Assembly (NCBI GenBank): GCA_046706745.1 | Contig: JBJKPC010000003.1 | Location: 1,280 to 65,279 of the forward strand | DNA length: 64,000 bases | Origin: Candidatus Kryptoniota bacterium | Lineage (GTDB): Bacteria > Bacteroidota > Ignavibacteria > Kryptoniales > JAKASW01 | Direction: 5' to 3' | Position numbers and translations under genes: made by a program | Notes under the pieces: generated by a model | What the model was told of the DNA's origin: nothing | Database searches by the model: none | The model's input: only the letters and a program-made list of their open reading frames with translations | Shown: in pieces, positions 55,552 through 64,000 of the stretch | How positions within the stretch are numbered: position 1 is the first letter of the stretch | Layout: each line of letters begins with the position of its first letter

Positions 55552-58500
55552 TCATTTCAAAATCATGAATTTTTTCGCCGCCGAGTAGCTCCCCGCCTGA
55601 AGTCGGTAGAAGTATACTCCGCTGGCGTACCGCGAACCGTCGAAGTGGATCTTGTGCATGCCCGATGATTGTCTTTCGTTTACCAAAGTCGCCACTACCC
55701 TTCCGAGTATATCGTACACAGTCAGGGTTACATGGCCGGGGACCGCAATTTGGTACTTGATCTCCGTAGTTGGATTGAAGGGGTTCGGATAGTTCTGCAT
55801 AAGCTGGTATGATCTTATTTCGTTTACAGGATTATGAACAACTGTCGGGCCGGTGCCCAGAATTGTAATCCGGTTCCATCCGACGTTGTTGTTCTCCTTA
55901 AGCTCATCGATATTGTTGTTCGGATCGATCACGGCATACAACACAGAATCGGAGGAGGACAAGCCGGTGGGAACGCGCCATTTGAATTGTAGCACCTGAT
56001 CGCTCCTGGCCCCGACCGGACTTGAGGTCGTGAACACCGTATCCCCATTCAAGTCCGATACGGTGATACCGCCGTCGTCCGAATTCCCCAGATGGAAGCG
56101 CACCTTGACGGGGCTCTTCGTTGCACACAAGCTGTAGTTGTGAATCTCGGCAATAACTGTAACTGTGTCGCCCTGTTCCGGGTTTTCAGGGAATATTGCA
56201 ATTTCCTTGGTCCAATTTGCCAGTTCTGGCGAAAGACCACCCAAACCCTTTTCGCCGAAATATCGATAATAGCAGTTAAAAGTAAGATCTGGCTCACTGG
56301 AATAGTTCGCTTTCCAGAACGACGCGATTCCGTTGGTGTCCAAACCGCCGACGAGGTAGTCGAGAACCAGCGCACCGTTCACGGACCAGTATGCGTACGG
56401 CTGGACATTGTACCCGGCGGAAGCATACTGCTGGAAGATTGTCCCGAAGTTCGCCGTCATCCCGATGCTGTGAGTGACGGCGGTTCTGTGAGTATTTACC
56501 GCTCCATGATCGTAGTTAGCCTCGGTTTCGAGACTCACTCCCCAACCCTCTACCGAAGCCTTGGCAGAGATTCCGTAATTAACTGTCGTATCTTTCTGCT
56601 GCTCGCTAAGAGTAGTCCAGTCGATGGTCCAGGGATTCGGCGAACTGGTAGGGCTCAGGTCGTAAGAGTCCTTGCTATATATGAGCTGACGCACATCCGG
56701 ATTATTGCTCGGGTCGCCATAATCGGGATAACTCAGAAGGTTCCCGGGCTCGTGATCGAGTATGATGTTCTTTCCAAGCATCGTAGTTACATCATTGCTC
56801 TGGAACCAATGAGGAGCTCGCGGATGGGCAATAGCGGCCATGACGTTTCCCTTCCGCACCCCGTCAACAAGAACGGGATATTCCCAGATATCGTAATCAG
56901 TTACCGTGGCATATATCCGGTCGTCCCATTGGGCCGTGTTGGACTCGGTGACTGTGAAAGTGCTGTCGTTTCGTTGAGTATTCTTAAAATCCTTGCCATA
57001 CTTTGCGGTCAGAGATGTCTTCACTCCGATTCCCAGGAATGTGCCCCCCGCGCTGAGCGTCGAAGAAACTCCCCATGAGCTGTGGGTTTCGGTGGTGAGA
57101 TCAGCCTCGTTCGATATGGTCTGGACGAGTTGTGAGGAAAACATATCTGAACTTCCGCCTATTGGATATGCTTTACATATGTCGAGGCATGAATCATTAA
57201 GCATATCGAAATGAACCGGAGGAGCGTTGATGATGATTACGGGCTCGACAAGATGATTCACCGCTTCTCTGCGCGGCTTCCCCAGTTTTATTGCGTTTCC
57301 CCGGAAATATCCCAGGAGTATGCCTCCGTCCGTCATCTGATTCGGAGGGACTGCACCTGGGTAATTCTCCGTGAAATTTCCGACATTTGATATCGTGAAC
57401 GGTTGCGTATTGGTCACCTTGTACACCCGGATATGAGGAGTGTTGTTCGATTCGTTCGTGGGATCGTTTGTCGGGCTCCAACTGAAATCTGTGCAGACGA
57501 TCTCGGGATACCAGTTGGAACTGGCAGAATCTGCAAAGGTTGTGTCGCCATCGATGTCTGCGATCGCAATTGCATTATGACTTAAGTAGCCGATCTTTGA
57601 ATAAAGGCCTACGTTTGCAATGTTGGACGGGTTCAAAGTGTTGCCGAATTTATAAACATGGAAGTAAAGCATTCCATTTACTACCAGTTCATCTTTACCA
57701 TCCTTATCCAGGTCACCGGAAGCCGCCGTCATCTGAGCATTTGATAATGAGCTCGAAGTTCCCATGTAAAGTCCGGTGCTCTCGACTTCAGTCATATTGT
57801 TATCGTTGAAGACGAAGCTTCTCAGATCAGTGCTGAGGGAAAATGGCGAAACATAATAATACATGTATGGGAACTTGAGGCCATAAATAGAAAATGTATA
57901 ATAGGCATAAACGGCGAAACCGAATGCGCATTCGGCGCGGCCGTCTCCGTTGAAATCACCTGAGGATACGACAAGCTGCGTTAACGGATATTGTTCGGGT
58001 CCGCCGCCCACATAACTATATCCCCCGAGCGTCCACGATCTTCTTGTAATGCCCTTGGATACGAGCCGATTTGTCGTCCAGTCGAAGTCGTAGGAATGAA
58101 AGCTCATCGAGACAATGCAGCTTGATCCCGAAAGAAAGGTCGGCGCATTGTTCCTGACCAGCACGAGCTCGTCGAGTCCATCGCCGTCATAGTCTCCGGC
58201 AGTGATGTCAAAGAATGCCTGAGTCCCGAGGCTGGCAGGAAGAGTGTCATCACGTACCGGCGCACCTATCTCGACCGGGTTGCCCGACACGCTGTCCAAT
58301 TTGAAGACCCTGATAGTAATCGATTGCGAACTGTCGGGGACGTTATATGCGACTACGAATTCTTTCTCCGGTCCGCCGTCGAAATAACCTGAAGTCATCC
58401 GTACCTGCAGCCTTTGCCTGGCTGTTTTAGGCGAGACCATAAACCAGCCGAGCGGCACTTCGGCGATGCCGAAGGTGCCGTTGATCCACCGCATGACGGT

Positions 58501-58854
58501 CAACTCCACCTGGATAGATGTATCTCCCACCGAGGCCATTGTCGCGCAGACAGCTTCATCACGGGATTGGTCCGAGGGAGACCCCATCATGAAGTTTCCG
58601 GATACCCCGTCGGACGATATTACTTTGCTGTTCGTGCCCTCGATCATCGACGGCTGAAGTGGAACGTCGTTGTTAAAAAGACCATATCCAAATTCCTGGC
58701 CTGAATCAGGATGAGAATTGAACCACACAAGATCGGCGCGTCCTCCGAGGGTATAGCTTCCGAGAAACGGATCGATATCGTTGTACTTCGATTGTGCAAT
58801 TGAAAGACCGGACACTAATAGGAGTGATGCTGCAACAGCAAGGTGGGCTTTCAT
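55552..58854 (-). CDS. 1100-aa secreted FG-GAP-repeat protein with central unknown domain, CARDB-like domain and T9SS C-terminal sorting domain
   Basis: A signal peptide ends ...SIAQS. Four Ca-binding FG-GAP-like loops are present (DYDGDGLDELVL, GDFNGDGRAECAF, GDLDKDGKDELVV, ADIDGDTTFA). The CARDB-like segment is GDTVTVIAEIHNYS...VIDPNNNIDELKENNN. The CTD reads QNYPNPFNPTTEIKY...GVYFYRLQAGSYSAAKKFMILK. Confidence 0.85.
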   Translation of the reverse strand: MKAHLAVAASLLLVSGLSIAQSKYNDIDPFLGSYTLGGRADLVWFNSHPDSGQEFGYGLFNNDVPLQPSMIEGTNSKVISSDGVSGNFMMGSPSDQSRDEAVCATMASVGDTSIQVELTVMRWINGTFGIAEVPLGWFMVSPKTARQRLQVRMTSGYFDGGPEKEFVVAYNVPDSSQSITIRVFKLDSVSGNPVEIGAPVRDDTLPASLGTQAFFDITAGDYDGDGLDELVLVRNNAPTFLSGSSCIVSMSFHSYDFDWTTNRLVSKGITRRSWTLGGYSYVGGGPEQYPLTQLVVSSGDFNGDGRAECAFGFAVYAYYTFSIYGLKFPYMYYYVSPFSLSTDLRSFVFNDNNMTEVESTGLYMGTSSSLSNAQMTAASGDLDKDGKDELVVNGMLYFHVYKFGNTLNPSNIANVGLYSKIGYLSHNAIAIADIDGDTTFADSASSNWYPEIVCTDFSWSPTNDPTNESNNTPHIRVYKVTNTQPFTISNVGNFTENYPGAVPPNQMTDGGILLGYFRGNAIKLGKPRREAVNHLVEPVIIINAPPVHFDMLNDSCLDICKAYPIGGSSDMFSSQLVQTISNEADLTTETHSSWGVSSTLSAGGTFLGIGVKTSLTAKYGKDFKNTQRNDSTFTVTESNTAQWDDRIYATVTDYDIWEYPVLVDGVRKGNVMAAIAHPRAPHWFQSNDVTTMLGKNIILDHEPGNLLSYPDYGDPSNNPDVRQLIYSKDSYDLSPTSSPNPWTIDWTTLSEQQKDTTVNYGISAKASVEGWGVSLETEANYDHGAVNTHRTAVTHSIGMTANFGTIFQQYASAGYNVQPYAYWSVNGALVLDYLVGGLDTNGIASFWKANYSSEPDLTFNCYYRYFGEKGLGGLSPELANWTKEIAIFPENPEQGDTVTVIAEIHNYSLCATKSPVKVRFHLGNSDDGGITVSDLNGDTVFTTSSPVGARSDQVLQFKWRVPTGLSSSDSVLYAVIDPNNNIDELKENNNVGWNRITILGTGPTVVHNPVNEIRSYQLMQNYPNPFNPTTEIKYQIAVPGHVTLTVYDILGRVVATLVNERQSSGMHKIHFDGSRYASGVYFYRLQAGSYSAAKKFMILK

Positions 58855-59257
58855 CTTGTGTTCCTTTCAGGTTACCGAGCAAGTTTTCCTGTTTTGGGTT
58901 ATCTCTTCACCCCCTGACAAGCGGGTGCGTCGCTACGATAATGAAAGGTGCTTGGGAATTTCTTGTGCGAGAAATTAAGAACTGGAAATTTATCAAACAA
59001 GTACGGGGGACATGGTTTTGAGACCGCATTTGTTTCTGTGCAGGACCTCCCGGGCGAATCGGTAATCCATTATGGTTGGGTGATGATGGATTTCCGGGGA
59101 CACACTATCCACTTATCCGACAGCTATGGGCGACCCACCGGGAAGATTGTTGGATATCTACTGAAATGACACCGTCATTTCAATGTTACCCCGCCAAAAA
59201 GATCAGCGGCATATCCCTCCTACGAAAGGCCCCTTCGGGGCTGACCAAATGACAAAG

Positions 59258-61432
59258 TTACTTGATCAGCAGCATCTTCTTTGCAGACACAAAGGTACCC
59301 GCCGTCAGTCTGTAAAAATACACTCCGCTTGGCAATCCACTTGCATCGAACGTGACTTCATATCCTCCCGCCTTCTCAACTTCATTTACGAGTGTCTTCA
59401 CTTCCCTGCCAAGCATGTCGTAGACCTTCAGGCTGACGAAGCAGTTGGCTGATAGCTCATAGCCGATAGTTGTTGTTGGATTGAAGGGGTTCGGATAGTT
59501 CTGGTGAAGGTGGAAATTTTCGGGGAGAATCACGGTGCGTTTCCCTCCATCACTGACCGGGACGACGCCTCCTTCTTTGAAGACAGCTAGCCCACCTTTC
59601 GTGCCTATCCACTTATTGCCGATACCGTCTAAAGCAATGCTCAGGATCGAGTTTGAAGGCAGACCCGAATTGCTCATATCAAACACGACCCAGTCAGTCC
59701 CGTTGAACTTTGCCAGACCTGCGTCGACAGTCCCGACCCATTTGTTACCGAGGTCGTCAATTGAGATACAAGAGACCAGGTTAGAAGGTATTCCGGAGTT
59801 CCCGGTGTTGTAGAAGGTCCAGTCGGCACCGTCGAACATCCCGAGACCGCTGCAAGTACCGGTCCATACGCGGCCGTCCTTGTCTGCAGCCAGGCAAAAC
59901 ATGCTGTCCATCGGGAAGGCAATTGGAAGAGGATGTACGCGCCAGGAGCTCCCGTCGAACTCGACCAAACCGCCTCCATGCGTGCCGATCCATTTCTTTC
60001 CATCGTCGCCGATGGCAAGGCAGCTTGCGGGAGGATCATAAGGCCCCAGGTCCGGTAGGTTGTAGATGGTGTAACCGCTGCTGTCATATCGGTAGAGAGA
60101 ATGCAATTGCAGCGACCAGTAACCCCCATTTCCATCCACGGCAAGACAATAGGCACCGTAGAACAATGAAGTATTCAAATCGGTCCAGGTCGTGTCTGCC
60201 AGCCTGGTAAGACCTGCGGGAGTGCCTATCAGCTTAGATCCGTCGCGGTCGATCACGACACAAAAAATACGATCCGACGACAAATGTGAATTGGAAGTGC
60301 TGTAAATGGACCAATTGATTCCATCGAAACTTGCCAGACCTCCGTCGTCGGTCCCTATCCAAGTTTCTCCACTCTCGTCGATAGCTATGCTTGATACCAT
60401 GTTTGAAGGCAGCGGCGCCGTCTTGATGACGGAGGACCAGCCCACGCCATCAAACTTGAGCAACCCGTTGCCGGTACCAATCCACTTACGGTCTTCGCCG
60501 TCAATGATGAAACAAGAGACGTCACGCGACCAAAGGGCCGATGCCGGAGGATAAAAGGTAGTCCAGTCAGTTCCATCGAATTTTGCCAGACCTCCTTCGA
60601 TCGAGGCAATCCACTTATTTCCACTTTTATCAATGCCGATACATGATATGTTGCTCAGTCCCGAAGGGGAAATGCTGAAGACGGTGCACGCCATCTCGTC
60701 GAATTTCTCAAGACGGTTCGTGGCTCCCGTCCATACGCTGCCGTTACAATCGACGGCCAAATTGCGGACGTCATTATCCAGCAATCCGCTATTGTAAGAA
60801 TCGAAGAAAGTATATGTGGTGTCCTCGAACTTCACCAAACCCCAAGAGGTTCCGATCCAAGCGCACCCGCCTCCGTCGAAGACGATGCAATGGACAGGTA
60901 CCGAAGGAAGGATGACATAGAGACTATCGGATTGAGACTCTGCAACCTCCTCGAGCCTTGCAAGCCCCTGATCGGTCCCAATCCATATGCCCCCGTTTGC
61001 GTCCGAAGCGATACAGGTGATGTAGTCCGAAGGTAATGGGAAATCAGACATCGTGTAGCGGATCCAATTAGTCCCGTCGTATTTAACCAAGCCTTCCCCT
61101 ACAAAGTACGGGCCGTAGAAGTACCCGGTCTGCATTGTACCCGTACCAAACCACTTGTTGCCGCTACTGTCGACGGCCAGGCACGAGATCGAATGAAGTG
61201 GAAATCCGGAAGCGGCAGTTAAGTAGGAAGTTGAGGTCCCGGTCTCCTTTTCTATTTTGACCAATCCCCGAGAAGTACCTAGCCAGATGTTCTCTCCATC
61301 TTCGGCCAGCGAAGTCACTTTGTCTCCCTTCGTGTATGTTATCCATTCCGGTGTCTGGCCCATAATGATTGAACTCTTCCCGATCACAATCAATAATGAG
61401 AACACAAATATCAGTACCTTCTTCTTTTGCAT
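59258..61432 (-). CDS. secreted protein with two-component-regulator-propeller-type repeats and T9SS C-terminal domain
   Basis: There are many repeats of the form G.(I/K)W(I/F)GT..GL.(K/R)(F/L). The CTD reads QNYPNPFNPTTTIGY...GVYFYRLTAGTFVSAKKMLLIK. The start is taken at M18 (MQKKKVLIFVF). Confidence 0.85.
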   Translation of the reverse strand: MQKKKVLIFVFSLLIVIGKSSIIMGQTPEWITYTKGDKVTSLAEDGENIWLGTSRGLVKIEKETGTSTSYLTAASGFPLHSISCLAVDSSGNKWFGTGTMQTGYFYGPYFVGEGLVKYDGTNWIRYTMSDFPLPSDYITCIASDANGGIWIGTDQGLARLEEVAESQSDSLYVILPSVPVHCIVFDGGGCAWIGTSWGLVKFEDTTYTFFDSYNSGLLDNDVRNLAVDCNGSVWTGATNRLEKFDEMACTVFSISPSGLSNISCIGIDKSGNKWIASIEGGLAKFDGTDWTTFYPPASALWSRDVSCFIIDGEDRKWIGTGNGLLKFDGVGWSSVIKTAPLPSNMVSSIAIDESGETWIGTDDGGLASFDGINWSIYSTSNSHLSSDRIFCVVIDRDGSKLIGTPAGLTRLADTTWTDLNTSLFYGAYCLAVDGNGGYWSLQLHSLYRYDSSGYTIYNLPDLGPYDPPASCLAIGDDGKKWIGTHGGGLVEFDGSSWRVHPLPIAFPMDSMFCLAADKDGRVWTGTCSGLGMFDGADWTFYNTGNSGIPSNLVSCISIDDLGNKWVGTVDAGLAKFNGTDWVVFDMSNSGLPSNSILSIALDGIGNKWIGTKGGLAVFKEGGVVPVSDGGKRTVILPENFHLHQNYPNPFNPTTTIGYELSANCFVSLKVYDMLGREVKTLVNEVEKAGGYEVTFDASGLPSGVYFYRLTAGTFVSAKKMLLIK

Positions 61433-61528
61433 ATCACGCCTCCTTTGAAAGTTCGTCTTGAAACCAGTGGGGGCCTTGAACAACCTTGGAGCATCGAATG
61501 CCCGCGGACTTCACCTGCGAGCAGCAGG

Positions 61529-63655
61529 TCATTTGATGACGGCCATCTTCTTAACTGCTGTGTACCCGTTTGCTGTAATTCGGTAGAAGTACACACCGCT
61601 AGGCAAATTGCTTGCATCGAACTTCACTTCGTAAGAACCGGGGTTCTTCTTCTCATTCACCAGCGTTATTGCTTCCCTTCCCAGGACGTCGTACACCTTC
61701 AGCTCCACGAACCCAGAACTACGAACCACGAACCGTATACTTGTGACAGGGTTGAAAGGATTGGGGTAATTCTGAGATAGTGAACACCTGTCGGGCAAGG
61801 CATCCCGGGTCTCTTCCTCTCTGACTCCCACCAACGAACCGCCGTTCGTAGTATGTAGAATCGTTCCCCCTTCGCCAACGATCCATCCGGTGTTTGTATC
61901 GATCATGCAAACCGACATCAGGGTGTTGGATGCAACACCGCTAAATTGGTCCTTCCACGTACGTCCTCCGTCCCGGCTTCGCAATATAGTCCCTCCTCCT
62001 CCGACCGCCCAACCGTTGTAGTTGTCTGTAAAACGGATCGACATCAAACTCTCAAGTCCCGGTGTTTCCAATTGCTGCCAGTTATCGCCTCCGTCCGTGG
62101 TAAGGAAGATTCTTCCGTAAGCGGAGGACACCCACCCGTGCGACTTATCGATGAAATAGACAGAAGTAAGGCGGAAATTCTGTGACGCATTCGCATCCTG
62201 TTCAAGCCAGGTTTCTCCACCGTTTGTTGTGTAGAGGATCGTTGAGAATTCTCCCACCGCCCAGCCGTTGGTCTCGTTTGCAAAATGAACCCCGTACAGC
62301 CAGCTTTGCGTTGGACTCGATTGTCTCGTCCAATCGACACCGCGGTTCGTCGTGTGAATTATTTCGCCGTAATCTCCGACTGCCCATCCGTTATACTCAT
62401 CGATGAAACAAAGCGCATTCAGATTGGAAGTAATCGGGGAAGTTTGTCGATGCCAGTTAACTCCGTTCATTGTGCGGAGCACCATCCCGTGCTGCCCGAC
62501 GGCCCAACCATGCGACCCGTCTATGAAATCTACGGCATTAAGCAGTGTGTCGACGCGGCGCTCTGTCCAGGAGGTGCCTCCGTCAGTTGTACGCAAAATG
62601 ATTCCATTGTGAGTTCCGGCTTCCGTCAGATCGCCGCCAGCAGCCCATCCTGTGTCTTTACTTGTGAATTCGACGGACTCGATAAAGAGGCGGGTCCCAA
62701 CGTTTTGTATTTGGAAGTCGGTTCCGATCCCCGAATTCTTCAAAATCAATCCATAGTGACCGACGACCCACATATTGTCTGTTCCCCATTGATCTTCCAC
62801 ATCGTATAAAGTCGTGTTTGTTCCAGATTTCCTCTGAATCCACGGTTCGCCAACATCGGTGGTTTCAAGAATTGTTCCCTCAGTTCCTACTGCATATGCC
62901 CTCGAATAACCGACGTTCAGAATATCGTTGAGATGTGAGTCGGTCCCGGATTCTTCGGCAACCCAGTTATTGCCTCCGTCGGTTGTGATAAGAATAGTTC
63001 CTGAGTTTCCCACCGCACGGACATGCTCAAATGTCCCGATATTGACGGCGAGAAGGTGGCCGGTTGCCGGAGGATATTGTCTTGTCCAGGTGATGCCCCA
63101 GTCGGTGGTGTGCATGATGAAGCCGTCTAGACCAACTGCCCAGGCAGTAGTGCATTCGATGTTATGAATCGAATAGAGATTGTTATCGTACCTCACATTC
63201 TGCTTGTTCCATGTTCTGCCCATATCCGTAGACCTGAGAACGGTTCCGTTTTCGCCTGCAATCCAGAGGCACCCGTTCGTGTGGGAGGTGATAGATCGAA
63301 GGTCCTCTGTAGTACCGCCGTCCTGCTGGGTGACATCAAGATTGGCTCCGTCATAATACAAATACAGAATCAGCCCGTTGTCCCCGACGACGAAGATTTG
63401 GGTTTCGCTGTGCATGAAGACGCAGTTCAGATTCTCCGTCGTGCCGAGGTCCACTTTCTCCCAGCTTGCACCGGCATCCGAGGTATGGACAGCCGTCCCG
63501 AGCGGCCCGACTGCCCATCCTTCGTTTACCACGATGCTCAGACTGTAAAGCGCGTTCCCTTGAGGAAGAGGATTCTGCCACTGCCATCCCGTCTGCGCAG
63601 GACCACTATCCACCAGAAGAAGAAAGGCTATGCTGAAAAATGCAACCTTTTCCAC
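61529..63655 (-). CDS. secreted BNR/Ycf48-like multi-propeller protein with T9SS C-terminal domain
   Basis: A signal peptide is followed by at least 10 repeats of the (S/T)TDxGxxW type (TSDAGASW, STDMGRTW, TTDWGITW, TTDGGNNW, TTDVGEPW, TTDGGTSW...). The CTD reads QNYPNPFNPVTSIRF...GVYFYRITANGYTAVKKMAVIK. Confidence 0.9.
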   Translation of the reverse strand: MEKVAFFSIAFLLLVDSGPAQTGWQWQNPLPQGNALYSLSIVVNEGWAVGPLGTAVHTSDAGASWEKVDLGTTENLNCVFMHSETQIFVVGDNGLILYLYYDGANLDVTQQDGGTTEDLRSITSHTNGCLWIAGENGTVLRSTDMGRTWNKQNVRYDNNLYSIHNIECTTAWAVGLDGFIMHTTDWGITWTRQYPPATGHLLAVNIGTFEHVRAVGNSGTILITTDGGNNWVAEESGTDSHLNDILNVGYSRAYAVGTEGTILETTDVGEPWIQRKSGTNTTLYDVEDQWGTDNMWVVGHYGLILKNSGIGTDFQIQNVGTRLFIESVEFTSKDTGWAAGGDLTEAGTHNGIILRTTDGGTSWTERRVDTLLNAVDFIDGSHGWAVGQHGMVLRTMNGVNWHRQTSPITSNLNALCFIDEYNGWAVGDYGEIIHTTNRGVDWTRQSSPTQSWLYGVHFANETNGWAVGEFSTILYTTNGGETWLEQDANASQNFRLTSVYFIDKSHGWVSSAYGRIFLTTDGGDNWQQLETPGLESLMSIRFTDNYNGWAVGGGGTILRSRDGGRTWKDQFSGVASNTLMSVCMIDTNTGWIVGEGGTILHTTNGGSLVGVREEETRDALPDRCSLSQNYPNPFNPVTSIRFVVRSSGFVELKVYDVLGREAITLVNEKKNPGSYEVKFDASNLPSGVYFYRITANGYTAVKKMAVIK

Positions 63656-63670
63656 TGCAGCCTCCAGTAC

Positions 63671-64000
63671 TTACTTCATCAATACGAGTTTCCTAACCTG
63701 CGAATAAGAACCGGCCGTGATTCGATAGAAATAGATCCCGCTTGCGAGGCCGCTTCCGTCGAAGATCACCGTGTGTGTACCTGCGCTCATGCGCGCGTCT
63801 ACAAGTGCTATGACTTCCCTGCCGAGTATATCGTACACCTTCAGACTTACTGTCTCCAAACCTGGAATTACGAACCTGATAACCGTCGATGGATTGAACG
63901 GATTCGGGTAATTCTGAAACAGTGCAAAGTGATCCGGCTTGTGCGGCCCACTCTGGACGGGCGTAGCTGTCCCCGACGGCCCGCCCGCATCTGCAATGAG
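63671..64000 (-). CDS. C-terminal part of another T9SS-sorted protein (N-terminus beyond the right edge)
   Basis: My translation to the window edge reads ...GPHKPDHFALFQNYPNPFNPSTVIRFVIPGLETVSLKVYDILGREVIALVDARMSAGTHTVIFDGSGLASGIYFYRITAGSYSQVRKLVLMK. The track lists only the last 62 codons. Confidence 0.85.
   Translation of the reverse strand, partial: LIADAGGPSGTATPVQSGPHKPDHFALFQNYPNPFNPSTVIRFVIPGLETVSLKVYDILGREVIALVDARMSAGTHTVIFDGSGLASGIYFYRITAGSYSQVRKLVLMK

Noticed and set aside
56092-57078. 328-aa + ORF inside the 1100-aa T9SS protein gene
   Set aside because: It is an antisense shadow. The minus strand carries a continuous signal-peptide-to-CTD protein.

Overview
The window looks like a chromosomal segment of a Gram-negative, FCB-superphylum-type bacterium. 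Four consecutive secreted proteins end in the type-IX-secretion sorting domain (QNYPNPFNP...VYFYRL...K). GGAG-type ribosome-binding boxes are nevertheless present. I recognise about 45 protein genes and no rRNA, tRNA, CRISPR array, transposase or integrase. Gene blocks from left to right: (1) pdxB, an SDR, a kduD remnant, a KdgF-like cupin, a hemerythrin and a B12-radical-SAM gene. (2) A TetR-headed envelope-export operon at 5.1-14.6 kb, with a LolA-like protein, four FtsX/MacB-type permeases arranged as a tandemly duplicated pair, one ATPase and an outer-membrane barrel. (3) A BNR lipoprotein, a Dph6-like ATPase and glutamate synthase gltBD. (4) A hexuronate locus using the UxaE epimerase route (uxaE, kdgK, eda, lacI, uxaC), containing truncated remnants of an MFS transporter and a GH105 hydrolase. 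(5) A nitrogen block of glnK, porin and amt, plus an ion transporter. (6) Envelope and proteolysis genes (tricorn-like protease, Skp/OmpH, OM barrel, prolyl oligopeptidase), then a NOX-like ferric reductase, an ABC-2 exporter, two oxidoreductases and a GH127 hydrolase. (7) A run of large T9SS cargo proteins at the right end. The most unusual signals are non-coding and lie inside the ABC operon. The first is strictly 8-nt-phased TGGAA repeat arrays that begin right after stop codons in consecutive spacers. The second is a 228-nt inter-permease spacer present twice, which is clearly better conserved (about 83% nt identity, no indels) than the duplicated genes flanking it (about 60% aa identity) and shows one compensatory base-pair change. 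All identities and counts are my own manual alignments. No database search was possible.
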